Positions 49,760 through 59,830 of a stretch of 64,000 bases of DNA are shown piece after piece. Source of the stretch: an uncultured delta proteobacterium (lineage in GTDB: Bacteria > Desulfobacterota > Zymogenia > Zymogenales > Zymogenaceae); contig CAWBYW010000007.1 in the NCBI GenBank assembly GCA_963792965.1, positions 128,001 to 192,000 on the forward strand, written 5' to 3'. A program made the translations under genes and the position numbers. Below the pieces are notes generated by a model. The model did not search any database. It saw only the letters and a program-made list of their open reading frames with translations, and had not been told where the DNA came from. The number at the start of each line of letters is the position of its first letter. The stretch's first letter is position 1.

Positions 49760-51511
49760 CTATCGTTGAGGCAGACTTGAACCCCTCTTTACGTAGTGGG
49801 TATGGAGGAGCTCATGAGACTTATGTCCGAGGGGCTCCTTGAGGAACGTGTCATAAATCTCCTTGATTGCCGGGTTCTCGTGCGACTGGCGGTACGTTTG
49901 GACGGATGCGTCGTCTTTATACAGCGCGCCGGAACGTAACGTTCGTATCTCGTTTGTCGTCGGGATCGGCTCGCCGCCGCCGGCGATGCAGCCTCCGGGG
50001 CAGGCCATTATCTCGATGAAGTGGTAGTCGGCCTTTCCTGCGCGGATCTTGTCCATCAGCTTTCGGGCGTTGCCCAAGCCGTGCGCTACGGCGACCTTGA
50101 CGTCTCCGAGCGCGCCGACCGCAACTGTCGCCTCTTTCACCCCTTCAAGGCCGCGGACCGGTGTGATGTTGAGATCCTTCAGATTTTCGCCGGTTACCAC
50201 GGCGTAGACCGTGCGCAGGGCGGCCTCCATGACGCCGCCGGTAGCACCGAAAATGGTGCCTGCGCCGGTGTACTGCCCCATGGGGGCGTCGTACTCGTCG
50301 TCCTTCAGCGCGTTAAAATCGACGCCGGACTCCTTGATCATCCGTGCCAGCTCCCTGGTCGTGAGGACATAGTCGACGTCGCGGTAGCCACTGGCGTTCA
50401 TCTCGGGCCGCTGTGCCTCGAATTTCTTAGCGGTGCAGGGCATAATGGATACCACCACGATATCCTTGGGATCGATCCCTGAGGTCTGGGCATAATAGGT
50501 CTTGGCAAGGGCGCCGAACATCTGCTGGGGCGACTTGCAGCTTGACAGATTGTCCAGGAGATCGGGATAGTTATGTTCGCAGAACTTGATCCATCCGGGG
50601 CTGCAGGAGGTGATCATGGGGAGGGTCCCGCCCGTCTTTACTCGCTTGAGGAGCTCGTTTCCTTCTTCGATAATCGTCAGGTCGGCGGTGAAATTGGTGT
50701 CAAAGACCCGGTCAAATCCGATTCTCCTCAGGGCCGCGATCATCTTACCGGTCACAAGGGTGCCGGGAGGCATGCCGAATTCTTCACCGAGGGCGGCCCG
50801 AATGGCCGGGGCTTCCTGAACGACCACGTGCTTTGTCGGATCCTGAAGGACCTTCCATACTTCCTGTACGTAATCCTTCTCATAAAGGGCGCCGACGGGG
50901 CAGGCCATGACGCACTGACCGCAATTGATGCAGGTGGTTTCGGCCAGAGGGAGGTCGAACGCGGGAACAACGCTTACCTTGCTTCCTCGCCACGCGGGTC
51001 CAAGAACGTTGACGGTCTGAACTGATTGACATACCGTCACGCAGCGGTGACAGTTGATGCACTTGCGGCTGTCGCGGACGATGGAGGGACTCGATTCGTC
51101 CAGCATCCCTTCCTTGGGAACGGAAGAGTTACGGAACCGTACGTCTTTGACCCCCACATGCTCGGCGACCCTCTGGAGCTCGCAATTACCGTTCCTGACG
51201 CAAAAATTGCATTCGGCCGGATGACTCGAAAGCAAAAGCTCGACGACCAGCCTGCGAGCGGTTCGTACGCGTTCGGTATTCGTTTGAATTACCATACCGT
51301 CGGTAACGGGGTGGACGCACGCCGCCACGAGGTTCTTCAGGCCCGAGACTTCGGATACACAGACGCGGCACGCACCGGGAGTATGGCCGATCTCTTGCCA
51401 GGCGCAGAGGGTCGGTATTGTGATACCGGCTTTCTTCGCAGCGTTGAGTATCGTGGTTCCCTTTTCCACTTGGACATCGATGTCGTCAATCGTCACCTGT
51501 ACCAGAGACAT
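49760..51511 (-). CDS. Group A [FeFe]-hydrogenase catalytic subunit (HndD/HydA type)
   Basis: H-cluster motifs TSCSPGW, MPCTAKKFE, EIMACPGGCIAGGGEP; N-terminal 2Fe-2S, His-ligated and 2x4Fe-4S domains. Confidence 0.95.
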   Translation of the reverse strand: MSLVQVTIDDIDVQVEKGTTILNAAKKAGITIPTLCAWQEIGHTPGACRVCVSEVSGLKNLVAACVHPVTDGMVIQTNTERVRTARRLVVELLLSSHPAECNFCVRNGNCELQRVAEHVGVKDVRFRNSSVPKEGMLDESSPSIVRDSRKCINCHRCVTVCQSVQTVNVLGPAWRGSKVSVVPAFDLPLAETTCINCGQCVMACPVGALYEKDYVQEVWKVLQDPTKHVVVQEAPAIRAALGEEFGMPPGTLVTGKMIAALRRIGFDRVFDTNFTADLTIIEEGNELLKRVKTGGTLPMITSCSPGWIKFCEHNYPDLLDNLSSCKSPQQMFGALAKTYYAQTSGIDPKDIVVVSIMPCTAKKFEAQRPEMNASGYRDVDYVLTTRELARMIKESGVDFNALKDDEYDAPMGQYTGAGTIFGATGGVMEAALRTVYAVVTGENLKDLNITPVRGLEGVKEATVAVGALGDVKVAVAHGLGNARKLMDKIRAGKADYHFIEIMACPGGCIAGGGEPIPTTNEIRTLRSGALYKDDASVQTYRQSHENPAIKEIYDTFLKEPLGHKSHELLHTHYVKRGSSLPQR

Positions 51512-51718
51512 CCTTTTCCTCCTTAGGCAAGATGGGCCGCCCGGGGCGCGTGGCGCGGCCGGGCGGTACTCAGCATCCTTCACGCAGTCGCCGCACGGGC
51601 GACACGGGATCGTGATTGGATTAACGTTTCAGTATAGTACGGCTGGTTGCCGCTGTCAATATAATTTACAGTTTCCTCATCCGGTCCCGCATTACGGGAT
51701 AGGCCTCCCGGTTCGGCG

Positions 51719-53329
51719 TCAACTGCCCTTGGTGAAGGTTCTCAAGAAGAGCTTGGTCGTCTTCAGGCTCCCGACGAGCTTTTTCGCGATATTTCGGGAA
51801 TAGAGGAAGTCGATCGTCCCCTTGATCCCGTCGTAGACCGATTTGCTCTGCGGATACCACCACATGTTCTTCTGGACGCCCGGAAGGTAGTCGTGGACGA
51901 TGCAGAGGGGCTCGGTCATCTCGTTGAAGCCGAGCTCTCCGTGGGTTCGGCCGATCCCGGATTCCTTAAAGCCGCCCCAAGGCGTCTCCGCCAGCCCGTT
52001 GCTCATCATGTGGTCGTTGATCATGACGACCCCGGCCTGGATACGCCGCGCGAGCGATTCGGCTTCTTTCCGGTTCTTCGACCAGACCGATGCGGTCAGC
52101 CCAAGGTTCGAGTCGTTGGCAAGCTTGACGGCCTCCTCCATGTCGTTTACCTTCATGACCCCGACCACCGGGCCGAAGGTCTCCTCACGCATGACAAGCA
52201 TGGAATGGTCAACGTTGGTGAGGACCATTGCGGGAAGGAAATTCCCGTTCGATTTCTTCGGACATCCCGACTCGGCGGCGATCTTGGCCCCCTTTTTGAC
52301 GGCGTCGTCAAGGTGCCTCTTGACCGTCTCCACCTGCTGGGTCGTCGTCATCGCGCCGATGTCGACGCAAAAATCGGTATCATGGCCGACCCGAATCGAC
52401 TTGACCTGATCGACCAGGAGCTTGAGAAACGGATCATACACGTCCTTATGCACGTAGATACGCTCGACCGCGGCGCAGGTCTGGCCGGTATTGGAGAGCC
52501 CCGCCCATACTGCGCCCGTCGCCGCCCGGTAGAGGTTGGCGTCGGGACAGACCAGCATCGGGTCGTTCCCCCCGAGCTCCAGCGAGACCGGCGTGAGGGT
52601 CTGGGCCGCCTTCGCCATCAGTTCCTTTCCAACGGCTGTGCTCCCGGTGAAGAAAAGCTTGTCGATGCCGGCGGCAAAGAAGGCCTCGCCCGCCTTCCTG
52701 CCAGGAAGGTTAAGATGGGTAAACAGGCCGTCCGGGAGGTCGGCCGCGGCGACGCAGCGCTCGATGGCGCTCCCCACCAGCTGGGTCTCGGTGGCGACCT
52801 TCAGGATGACGGCGTTTCCCGCCATAAGCGCCATTACGATCTCGGCAAAGGGGATCCCGAAGGGATAGTTCCAGGGGGAGATGATCCCGATGACGCCGAA
52901 CGGGACGCGAATGATCTTGCTCCGCTTATAGGCCATTAACAAGTTTGCCGGCGGGAGCGGCTTGTCCTTGAGGAAGCGGGGCGCTTTCTTCGCGAAAAAA
53001 TCGATGTTCATGGCCGTGCCGAAGACCTCGGACACCAGTGCATCGGTCCGGGTCTTGCCGTTGTCTTGACTGATGATCAACGCCAATTCGTCGGCATGCT
53101 CCACGACGTAGTCTCTGATCTTCAGCATCGCCCGGGTGCGCTCCTTTACCGGGGTGGCGGCCCAAAGGGGTTGGACCTTCCGGGCCTTCTTTACCGCGGC
53201 AACCACGTCCTCGGGACTATTCAGGGTAACGGTACCCAGCTCTTCACCGGTTGCGGGGTTCTTTGAAACGACGTGGCGAGCGTTTTCCTTAGCTTTTTGG
53301 TCTTTCGCAAGAGGTATCTGGCTCATCAT
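51719..53329 (-). CDS. NAD(P)-dependent aldehyde dehydrogenase
   Basis: ISPWNYP, FFTGS, LELGGND, NTGQTC, EETFGP, WGGFKESG. Confidence 0.93.
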   Translation of the reverse strand: MMSQIPLAKDQKAKENARHVVSKNPATGEELGTVTLNSPEDVVAAVKKARKVQPLWAATPVKERTRAMLKIRDYVVEHADELALIISQDNGKTRTDALVSEVFGTAMNIDFFAKKAPRFLKDKPLPPANLLMAYKRSKIIRVPFGVIGIISPWNYPFGIPFAEIVMALMAGNAVILKVATETQLVGSAIERCVAAADLPDGLFTHLNLPGRKAGEAFFAAGIDKLFFTGSTAVGKELMAKAAQTLTPVSLELGGNDPMLVCPDANLYRAATGAVWAGLSNTGQTCAAVERIYVHKDVYDPFLKLLVDQVKSIRVGHDTDFCVDIGAMTTTQQVETVKRHLDDAVKKGAKIAAESGCPKKSNGNFLPAMVLTNVDHSMLVMREETFGPVVGVMKVNDMEEAVKLANDSNLGLTASVWSKNRKEAESLARRIQAGVVMINDHMMSNGLAETPWGGFKESGIGRTHGELGFNEMTEPLCIVHDYLPGVQKNMWWYPQSKSVYDGIKGTIDFLYSRNIAKKLVGSLKTTKLFLRTFTKGS

Positions 53330-53703
53330 ATACTCCTTCTGAATCTTACTTGTTATTCACATTGATAAGGAAGTATGCCGATGTCGTGACCGACACCGAC
53401 ACGACAACAGTAATCCCCGGCTCTTTGAGGTAAGAGAACACCTTTAAAGATTCGTTGGAGCCGTGTATTGGCCTGCGCCGAAGAGGCGCATGCTCTGCTG
53501 TTTCGAGAGTCGGCCCGCAGAAGGACGAACTACTCCACCGAATCTTTCAAACGATCCAGGACCGGAAGACTACCGCGCAGGATCTTTGTTTCACGAAAAT
53601 CTCATGAAAGGTCCCGGTAGTCCGCGGGGAGGCGGAAAGTAGTTTTTGAGTGGACAGTTAAGGCGACAGTTCAGTCGATAGGCAGGCTTCGACACCATGT
53701 GTT

Positions 53704-53826
53704 TCCTCCTTTCCAAACACGGGAGGCGCGGCCGTTTCCAACCGAACCTTATCGGCCGGTCACCATAGACGGGCTCTTCCATTATGGTTCTGGCGCCCAA
53801 TCCACAGGTGATGCGGCTCGGAGGTT
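53704..53826 (-). ncRNA. Moco (molybdenum/tungsten cofactor) riboswitch, copy 2
   Basis: Minus strand CTCCGAGC...CTATGG...GGAAAC...GCCTCCCGTGTTTGGAAAGGAG, with the RBS inside the terminal stem. Confidence 0.85.
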
Positions 53827-54021
53827 GTAAAAATGCCGAATAGAATCCGGCAACCCATTTTATAAGTGCAGCTTCACGCTGCGGCGAGACGACATTCTTC
53901 AAGAAAGGAGGCAATTATCTTTCCGGACTGCCGGCAATGGAGACGAAATAGGAAGCGGGAAGGGGCCGAAGCTCCGGGTGGGACGCACTGCGTCGCTTTT
54001 GGGCGCACAAATACCATCCTA

Positions 54022-54140
54022 TCCTCCTTTCCAAACACGGGAGGCGTGGCCGTTTCCAGCCAAACCCTAACGGCCGGCTGCCATAGACGAGCCCGACTAT
54101 CGGTTGGGCTCCTGTCCACAGGCAGTGAGGCTCGGAGAAT
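54022..54140 (-). ncRNA. Moco riboswitch, copy 1
   Basis: Minus strand CTCCGAGC...CTATGG...GGAAAC...GCCTCCCGTGTTTGGAAAGGAG; lies just downstream of mop. Confidence 0.85.
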
Positions 54141-54276
54141 TCTTCGTAGTATGGGTGATATGCTGAGTTTTGTCAACAGAATTCCAGTTGGCCAGCCGCG
54201 CAGGCGTGGAGTTGAAAAACGGCCGCCCAAAGGACGCGATCTTTGAGGCGGCCGTCCGGTCATAGGATGATGGCAG

Positions 54277-54486
54277 CTATTCCGTCGCGATCATGACATT
54301 TGAGGCTTTGATGACGGCATATACCTCTTTGCCTTCGGACAGTTTCAGGCTCTCGACGGACGTCTTAGTGATTATGGAGACTATCTGAACGCCTCCGGCA
54401 AGCTCGACAACGACTTCGGAGTTTACCGCCCCCTGTACTATCTTCTTTACCTTTCCCTTGAGAACGTTGCGCGCACTGATTTTCAT
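54277..54486 (-). CDS. mop: Molbindin / TOBE-domain molybdate- or tungstate-binding protein
   Basis: MKISARNVLKG...SIITKTS..L.L..GKEVYAVIKAS. Confidence 0.92.
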   Translation of the reverse strand: MKISARNVLKGKVKKIVQGAVNSEVVVELAGGVQIVSIITKTSVESLKLSEGKEVYAVIKASNVMIATE

Positions 54487-54780
54487 TATTTTACTCCTGT
54501 AATCCCGTTATTACTATTGATGCGTCTCGGTACAAAAAGATGCGGGCACCACGCTCGAGCGCGGGCGCAAGTCCGTTGTCTTGCCGCATCCTCCAGGACG
54601 TCAGACGATTTGATTCCACACCTAATCAAGATACCGGCCGGCGAGACCGGAACCTCAAAACACGCACTCTTACCTTGACGACCCACCCCGTGATTGATAT
54701 GGTATTAATATCCATGATAGGTTTAGAGATATTCGTTCGGATGTAGTGGTATTCGCCTTATGCAAAAGGATGACACGATA

Positions 54781-55144
54781 ATGAACGGATTCACGCCCGC
54801 ACCGGTAAAGCAGGCCGCTACCCTCGGAGGATCTCGAGAGACTCGACATCAGGGTGGGAACGATCTCGGAAATCACCGATGTCTCGGGGTCCGACAAGCT
54901 CGTCTCACTAAGCGTCGATTTTGGGGACCATAAGAGGACAGTCCTGGTCGGCATGAAGGGAGAGCGAAAAGATCCGGCCGAGATCAAGGGAAAACAGGCC
55001 CTCTTTGTCGTCAACCTGCCGCCGAGAAAACTCTTCGGCATTATTTCGGAGGGGATGCTCCTGGATATCGGGTATGCGGACGGGATTGTTCCGGTCCTGG
55101 CCCAACCCGAAGAGCCCGTTCCCAACGGAGTCCGTGCGGGGTGA
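54781..55144 (+). CDS. tRNA-binding OB-fold protein (CsaA/Trbp111), frameshift near 54826
   Basis: LDIRVGTI, KLVSLSVDFG, VVNLPPRK..G..SEGM. Confidence 0.82.
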
Positions 55145-55204
55145 AACATTGACTTTTCACCGGAGATGCGATAGACTGATGTCGTTTCTTTTGAACGGGT
55201 ATGT

Positions 55205-56599
55205 ATGAAAGAGTTGATTTCGCTGGACTATAATTACCTCATGAATAGCGTGTTGGGGACGCAATGCGCCGTCGATGACAAAGATATTGCGTCACTTACC
55301 GAGCACGGGCAGGCGGCCCGCAGCCGTATTGAGGATGAAAGAAACGGAGGTGAGCTTGCCTTCATGGACATTGACGGGCTCCGCAAGCATATACCGGCGA
55401 TAAAAGAGGCGGCCGATCGGATAACAAAGCGATTTTCAACCCTTGTCGTCCTCGGGATCGGGGGATCGGCCCTCGGGGCGCGGGCGGTCAAAGAGGCGTT
55501 GGTCAACCCGTTCAAAAGGGATGGGTGCCGGCTTATCATCGCCGATAACATCGACCCGGCGTATACCGCACAGCTCATCGACGGCCTCGATCTAAAGGAA
55601 ACGGCCTTTAACGTCGTCAGCAAGTCCGGGGGCACGGTTGAGACACTCGCGCAGTTCATGATCATCACGGGGCTTCTCAAAAAAATTCTCGGGCAGGACG
55701 GTTTTCGTGAGCGCGTTGTCATCACGACGGACCCCCAAAAGGGGGTGCTCAGGGAAATCGCACGGGAGGAGGGGGTCGTTTCCCTCGAAGTGCCGCCGAA
55801 GATCGGGGGAAGGTTTTCCGTGCTGACGCCGGTGGGTCTTTTTCCGGCCCAGTGCATGGGGGTGGACGCAGAGAAGATTCTCGACGGCGCGGGCGCGTTC
55901 GATGTCTCAACGCGGAAAGGCTTGTGGGAAGGCAATCCCGCCTATCTCTACGGGGCGCTCCTTTTTATCGCTGCCGGGCTGAAGCAACGGAATATCTCCG
56001 TCATGATGCCCTATTCGGCAAGGCTTTTCTCCTTTGCGCTCTGGTACGCACAGCTCTGGGCGGAGAGCCTCGGCAAACCGAAGGTCCTGGGTGGGAAGAA
56101 GGTCGCGTTGGGCCAGACGCCTGTGGCGGCGGTAGGGGTTACCGATCAGCACTCGCAGCTTCAGCTCTTTATGGAGGGGCCGGAAGATAAGGTAATAACC
56201 TTCATCGACGTGAAGGATACCGGGGGCGACGTCGCGATCCCGAAACTGTATGGAGATCGTGAGTCGCTCGGCTACCTCGGTGGCAGGACAATCGGTGAAC
56301 TCTTTGATGCCGAGCGTTCGGCCACGGAATCGGCCCTGGCCATAAAGAAAAAGATGTCGATGACCGTCGCGATCCCGGATATTTCGCCGCAGACCCTCGG
56401 CGTCCTCTTCTCTTTCTTTCAGTCGGCAACGACGTTTGCCGGGTATCTCTATGATATCAATCCATTCGACCAGCCAGGCGTCGAAGACGGCAAGAAATAT
56501 GCGTGGGGAATCATGGGAAGGACCGGATATGAAGAAAAACTGAAAGAGTATCGTGGCCGTCCGAAGAAAATTCCCGGGTATATCAAGGCGGCCACGTGA
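55205..56599 (+). CDS. pgi: Glucose-6-phosphate isomerase
   Basis: GIGGS.LG, SKSGGTVET, GGRFSV, QLWAESLGK, DQHS, FDQPGVE. Confidence 0.95.
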   Translation: MKELISLDYNYLMNSVLGTQCAVDDKDIASLTEHGQAARSRIEDERNGGELAFMDIDGLRKHIPAIKEAADRITKRFSTLVVLGIGGSALGARAVKEALVNPFKRDGCRLIIADNIDPAYTAQLIDGLDLKETAFNVVSKSGGTVETLAQFMIITGLLKKILGQDGFRERVVITTDPQKGVLREIAREEGVVSLEVPPKIGGRFSVLTPVGLFPAQCMGVDAEKILDGAGAFDVSTRKGLWEGNPAYLYGALLFIAAGLKQRNISVMMPYSARLFSFALWYAQLWAESLGKPKVLGGKKVALGQTPVAAVGVTDQHSQLQLFMEGPEDKVITFIDVKDTGGDVAIPKLYGDRESLGYLGGRTIGELFDAERSATESALAIKKKMSMTVAIPDISPQTLGVLFSFFQSATTFAGYLYDINPFDQPGVEDGKKYAWGIMGRTGYEEKLKEYRGRPKKIPGYIKAAT

Positions 56600-56717
56600 G
56601 CCGCTGACGTCGTCCCCCTCACGAGGGGGACCGAGATTTCCCCTTGATACGCGGTAGCGTTGTGATATAATAACGAAAGAACACACGAAACATCGAAAAC
56701 ACCTCTTTTTTTAAGTG

Positions 56718-57080
56718 ATGACGAAGAAGAAGATTTTTATTCCTCAGGAAAAACTTGAGATTTGGGTGCACGAAGGGAAGATATCGATGACGAATAACGT
56801 CATCACTACACTGACGGGCAAGAAGGTAAGCTATAAGTTGATCCCGGCCTTTAAATTTCTGAGACTCACTTCCGGAAACAGCGATACGGAAAGACTGATC
56901 GGTACCGTGAAGACCAAGGACGACATCAAACACCTGAAACCGGATATCTTCATGGATTCCATCATCATCGGCGACAAGGCCTATGAGGTCGAGATGGGGT
57001 ATATCGGATACCTGACGGGCGACGATAAAGAGCTCGACGATATCGCGCTGCTCTCAAAGTATATCCTCGAAAACATTTGA
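56718..57080 (+). CDS. Hypothetical protein
   Basis: Clean ORF overlapping the miaB start; no family recognised. Confidence 0.65.
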   Translation: MTKKKIFIPQEKLEIWVHEGKISMTNNVITTLTGKKVSYKLIPAFKFLRLTSGNSDTERLIGTVKTKDDIKHLKPDIFMDSIIIGDKAYEVEMGYIGYLTGDDKELDDIALLSKYILENI

Positions 57081-58423
57081 TCACACGCATGACCAGACCG
57101 GCAGAAAAGCCCCCGTCGGTGGGGAGCGCCTATATCAGGACGTTCGGCTGTCAGATGAATGAATACGATTCCGAGCGAATTGCCGGACTTTTATCCCTGG
57201 CGGGTTACCGACAGGTCGATGACCCAAATGTCGCGGAGGTCATCATCATCAATACCTGCAGTATCCGCGAAAAGCCCGAGGAAAAAACCTATAGCGAAAT
57301 CGGAACCTATCGGGCAATTAAGGAGACAAAACCGGGGGTAGTCCTGGCGGTGTGCGGATGCGTCGCCCAGCAGCGTGGAGCCGAGATCATAGAGCGTTTC
57401 CCCTACGTCGACCTCGTGGTGGGGACAAACCAGATCGACCGGATCGACGCCCTTATCGCGCGTGTCCGGCAGGGAAGGGGGCCGCAGGTTGCGACGGAGT
57501 TTTCCGAAACTCCGCACATCACGGCGTTTCCCCGCGTCAGCGATCGATATACCGCCTCCGTGACCGTCATGCAGGGGTGCAATAATTTCTGCTCTTACTG
57601 CATTGTGCCCTACGTCCGGGGCAGGGAGATATCGCGTCGGTCCGAAGAGATCATCACCGAGGTGCGGGGGCTGGCGGACGAGGGCTTCATGGAGGTGATG
57701 CTCCTGGGCCAGAACGTCAATTCGTACCGCGACCCGACGAGCCTGCTTCCCTTCCCGATGCTCCTGCATGAGGTCGCGGCGGTCGCCGGCATCAAGAGGA
57801 TCCGCTTTACGACCTCGCATCCGAAAGATCTTTCGCCCGAGCTTATCGCGTGCTATCGAGGGGTCGACTCCCTCTGCTCCCATATACACCTCCCGGTTCA
57901 GTCCGGATCCAGTCGAATTCTTGAGCTGATGAACCGGGGGTATACGAGGGAAGGCTATCTGGAAAAGATACGCGCCCTCAGGGCGGCGCGTCCCGATATT
58001 TCGGTGACGACCGATATCATCGTCGGATTTCCCGGGGAATCGGCGGCGGACTTCGACTATACCCTCGCGTTGATGGAAGAAGTGAAATTTGACGGGGCTT
58101 ATTCCTTCAAGTATTCCCCAAGGCCGGGGACGAAGGCCGCGGCCCTGCGCGATGACGTGGACGAGGTCGAAAAGTCGCGCAGATTGGCCGTCCTTCAAGA
58201 GCTCCAGAAGGGGCATACCCTCTCGGCGAACGAGAAAAGCGTAAACCGTGTCGAGGAGGTCTTAGCCGTCGGTCCGAGCGTACGCGACCCCGGGGAGCTA
58301 ACCGGAAGATCTCGGACGAATAAAGTCGTCAACTTTACGGGCGGGCGCGAAAGTATCGGATCGCTGGTTGGTGTGAGGATAAAGAAGGCCAACAACAACT
58401 CCCTCTGGGGGGAGGCGGTGTAG
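57077..58423 (+). CDS. miaB: tRNA-2-methylthio-N6-dimethylallyladenosine synthase
   Basis: TFGCQMNEYDS, NTCSIREK, GCNNFCSYC, DIIVGFPGE, TRAM domain. Confidence 0.95.
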   Translation: MITRMTRPAEKPPSVGSAYIRTFGCQMNEYDSERIAGLLSLAGYRQVDDPNVAEVIIINTCSIREKPEEKTYSEIGTYRAIKETKPGVVLAVCGCVAQQRGAEIIERFPYVDLVVGTNQIDRIDALIARVRQGRGPQVATEFSETPHITAFPRVSDRYTASVTVMQGCNNFCSYCIVPYVRGREISRRSEEIITEVRGLADEGFMEVMLLGQNVNSYRDPTSLLPFPMLLHEVAAVAGIKRIRFTTSHPKDLSPELIACYRGVDSLCSHIHLPVQSGSSRILELMNRGYTREGYLEKIRALRAARPDISVTTDIIVGFPGESAADFDYTLALMEEVKFDGAYSFKYSPRPGTKAAALRDDVDEVEKSRRLAVLQELQKGHTLSANEKSVNRVEEVLAVGPSVRDPGELTGRSRTNKVVNFTGGRESIGSLVGVRIKKANNNSLWGEAV

Positions 58424-58444
58424 TCACGAGATAAGGAGAAGTCA

Positions 58445-58945
58445 ATGCCGAAAGAAATGAAGATAAGCGGTATGGCGATCGATCCGTTTACGAACGTGCC
58501 GATCGTCATACTCAGGGATATGGAGGAGAAGAGCACCGTGCCGATCTGGATCGGACTTCTTGAGGCCAGCGCAATTGCAACGGTGCTCGAAAACATCCAA
58601 TTTTCTCGTCCCATGACCCATGATCTCTTCAAGCGGGTGATGGATACCCTCAACGTCGTCATAGAGAAGATCGTGGTGAACGATCTGAAGGATAATACCT
58701 ATTACGCTACGATCTACCTCACGTCCAATGGAGTACAGTACCAGATCGACTCCCGTCCGAGCGACGCGATCGCCATCGCGCTCAGGACAGACGCCAAGAT
58801 ATACATGGAGGAATCCGTTATCGAGAAGTCGAAGAAGATCGAGCTTACCAAACCCGATGACATGACTACCGAGGAGGCAAAAAAGAAATGGGCCGAAATC
58901 CTCGAAAACCTCAACCCGGAAGATTTCGGCAAGTATAAGATGTAG
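58445..58945 (+). CDS. Bifunctional nuclease family protein (DUF151)
   Basis: PIWIG..EA, RPMTHDL, DSRPSDAIAIALR. Confidence 0.92.
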   Translation: MPKEMKISGMAIDPFTNVPIVILRDMEEKSTVPIWIGLLEASAIATVLENIQFSRPMTHDLFKRVMDTLNVVIEKIVVNDLKDNTYYATIYLTSNGVQYQIDSRPSDAIAIALRTDAKIYMEESVIEKSKKIELTKPDDMTTEEAKKKWAEILENLNPEDFGKYKM

Positions 58946-58948
58946 GTC

Positions 58949-59350
58949 TTGATGTCTTTTGTCTCTCGTGAAAAGGGAATCTTGGCATGGACGGCGGTCA
59001 TTATCTATTGTATCCTCATATTCATCGGTTCATCTATTCCGGGCGATGAACTCGATACAGGGCCTCCCGGTTTCGATAAAATCCTTCACATACTTCAATA
59101 TTTGATACTGTCCCTTCTGATCTTTACCGCACTCAAATTCAGCCTCCTGTCATTGTCCGTTACGGCTATTTTCTGGCTGACGGTGGCCGCTTCGTCGCTC
59201 TACGGCGCATCCGATGAGATCCACCAGCTCTTTGTGCCGTTTCGGGAATGTGATTTTCTTGATTTCTGTGCGGATCTTCTCGGATCTTTGCTCGGTTCAT
59301 ACTGGTTTTCGAAAAGACTGAATAAGCGGACGCGTCCTTTTAATCCTTGA
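58949..59350 (+). CDS. VanZ family membrane protein
   Basis: DKILH, YGASDEIHQLFVPFR, D..ADLLG. Confidence 0.88.
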   Translation: MMSFVSREKGILAWTAVIIYCILIFIGSSIPGDELDTGPPGFDKILHILQYLILSLLIFTALKFSLLSLSVTAIFWLTVAASSLYGASDEIHQLFVPFRECDFLDFCADLLGSLLGSYWFSKRLNKRTRPFNP

Positions 59351-59426
59351 CAAAGAGAGAGCATTTTGTTATATAAACTTAATTTCTTTACATGTGCCAA
59401 TGTTTTCTTTAAGGTCGGAGTATTCC

Positions 59427-59807
59427 ATGAATAAGAAAGAATTTGAACCGGGCAGGAACGCTGGATTTAACTCCCAGATCGGCGAGAGCACGAAGTTTGT
59501 CGGAAACATCACCGGCTCCGAGGATGTGTTAATTAACGGGGAGATGAATGGTGATGTCGATGTCCGGGCAAGCGTCCACGTCGGCGGGACCGGCAGGGTC
59601 AAGGGCACCATAAAGGCTCAGAATGTCGTTGTTGAGGGCAAGGTAGAGGGAACTCTCAAGGCAGAGGATAAGATCGAGTTGATCAACAGCGCCAATATCA
59701 ACGCGGATATGGAATGTAAGCACTTGGCCGTTGCCGATGGCGCTTTCTTCGAGGGAAAGGTGCATATGGAGGGCATGGATACGGTCAAATCGTCATTCAC
59801 CGGATAG
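59427..59807 (+). CDS. Bactofilin (polymer-forming cytoskeletal protein)
   Basis: IGESTKFVGNI...VVEGKVEG...VADGAFFEG beta-helix repeats. Confidence 0.9.
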   Translation: MNKKEFEPGRNAGFNSQIGESTKFVGNITGSEDVLINGEMNGDVDVRASVHVGGTGRVKGTIKAQNVVVEGKVEGTLKAEDKIELINSANINADMECKHLAVADGAFFEGKVHMEGMDTVKSSFTG

Positions 59808-59830
59808 AGACTTAGAAGGAGTAAACATAG

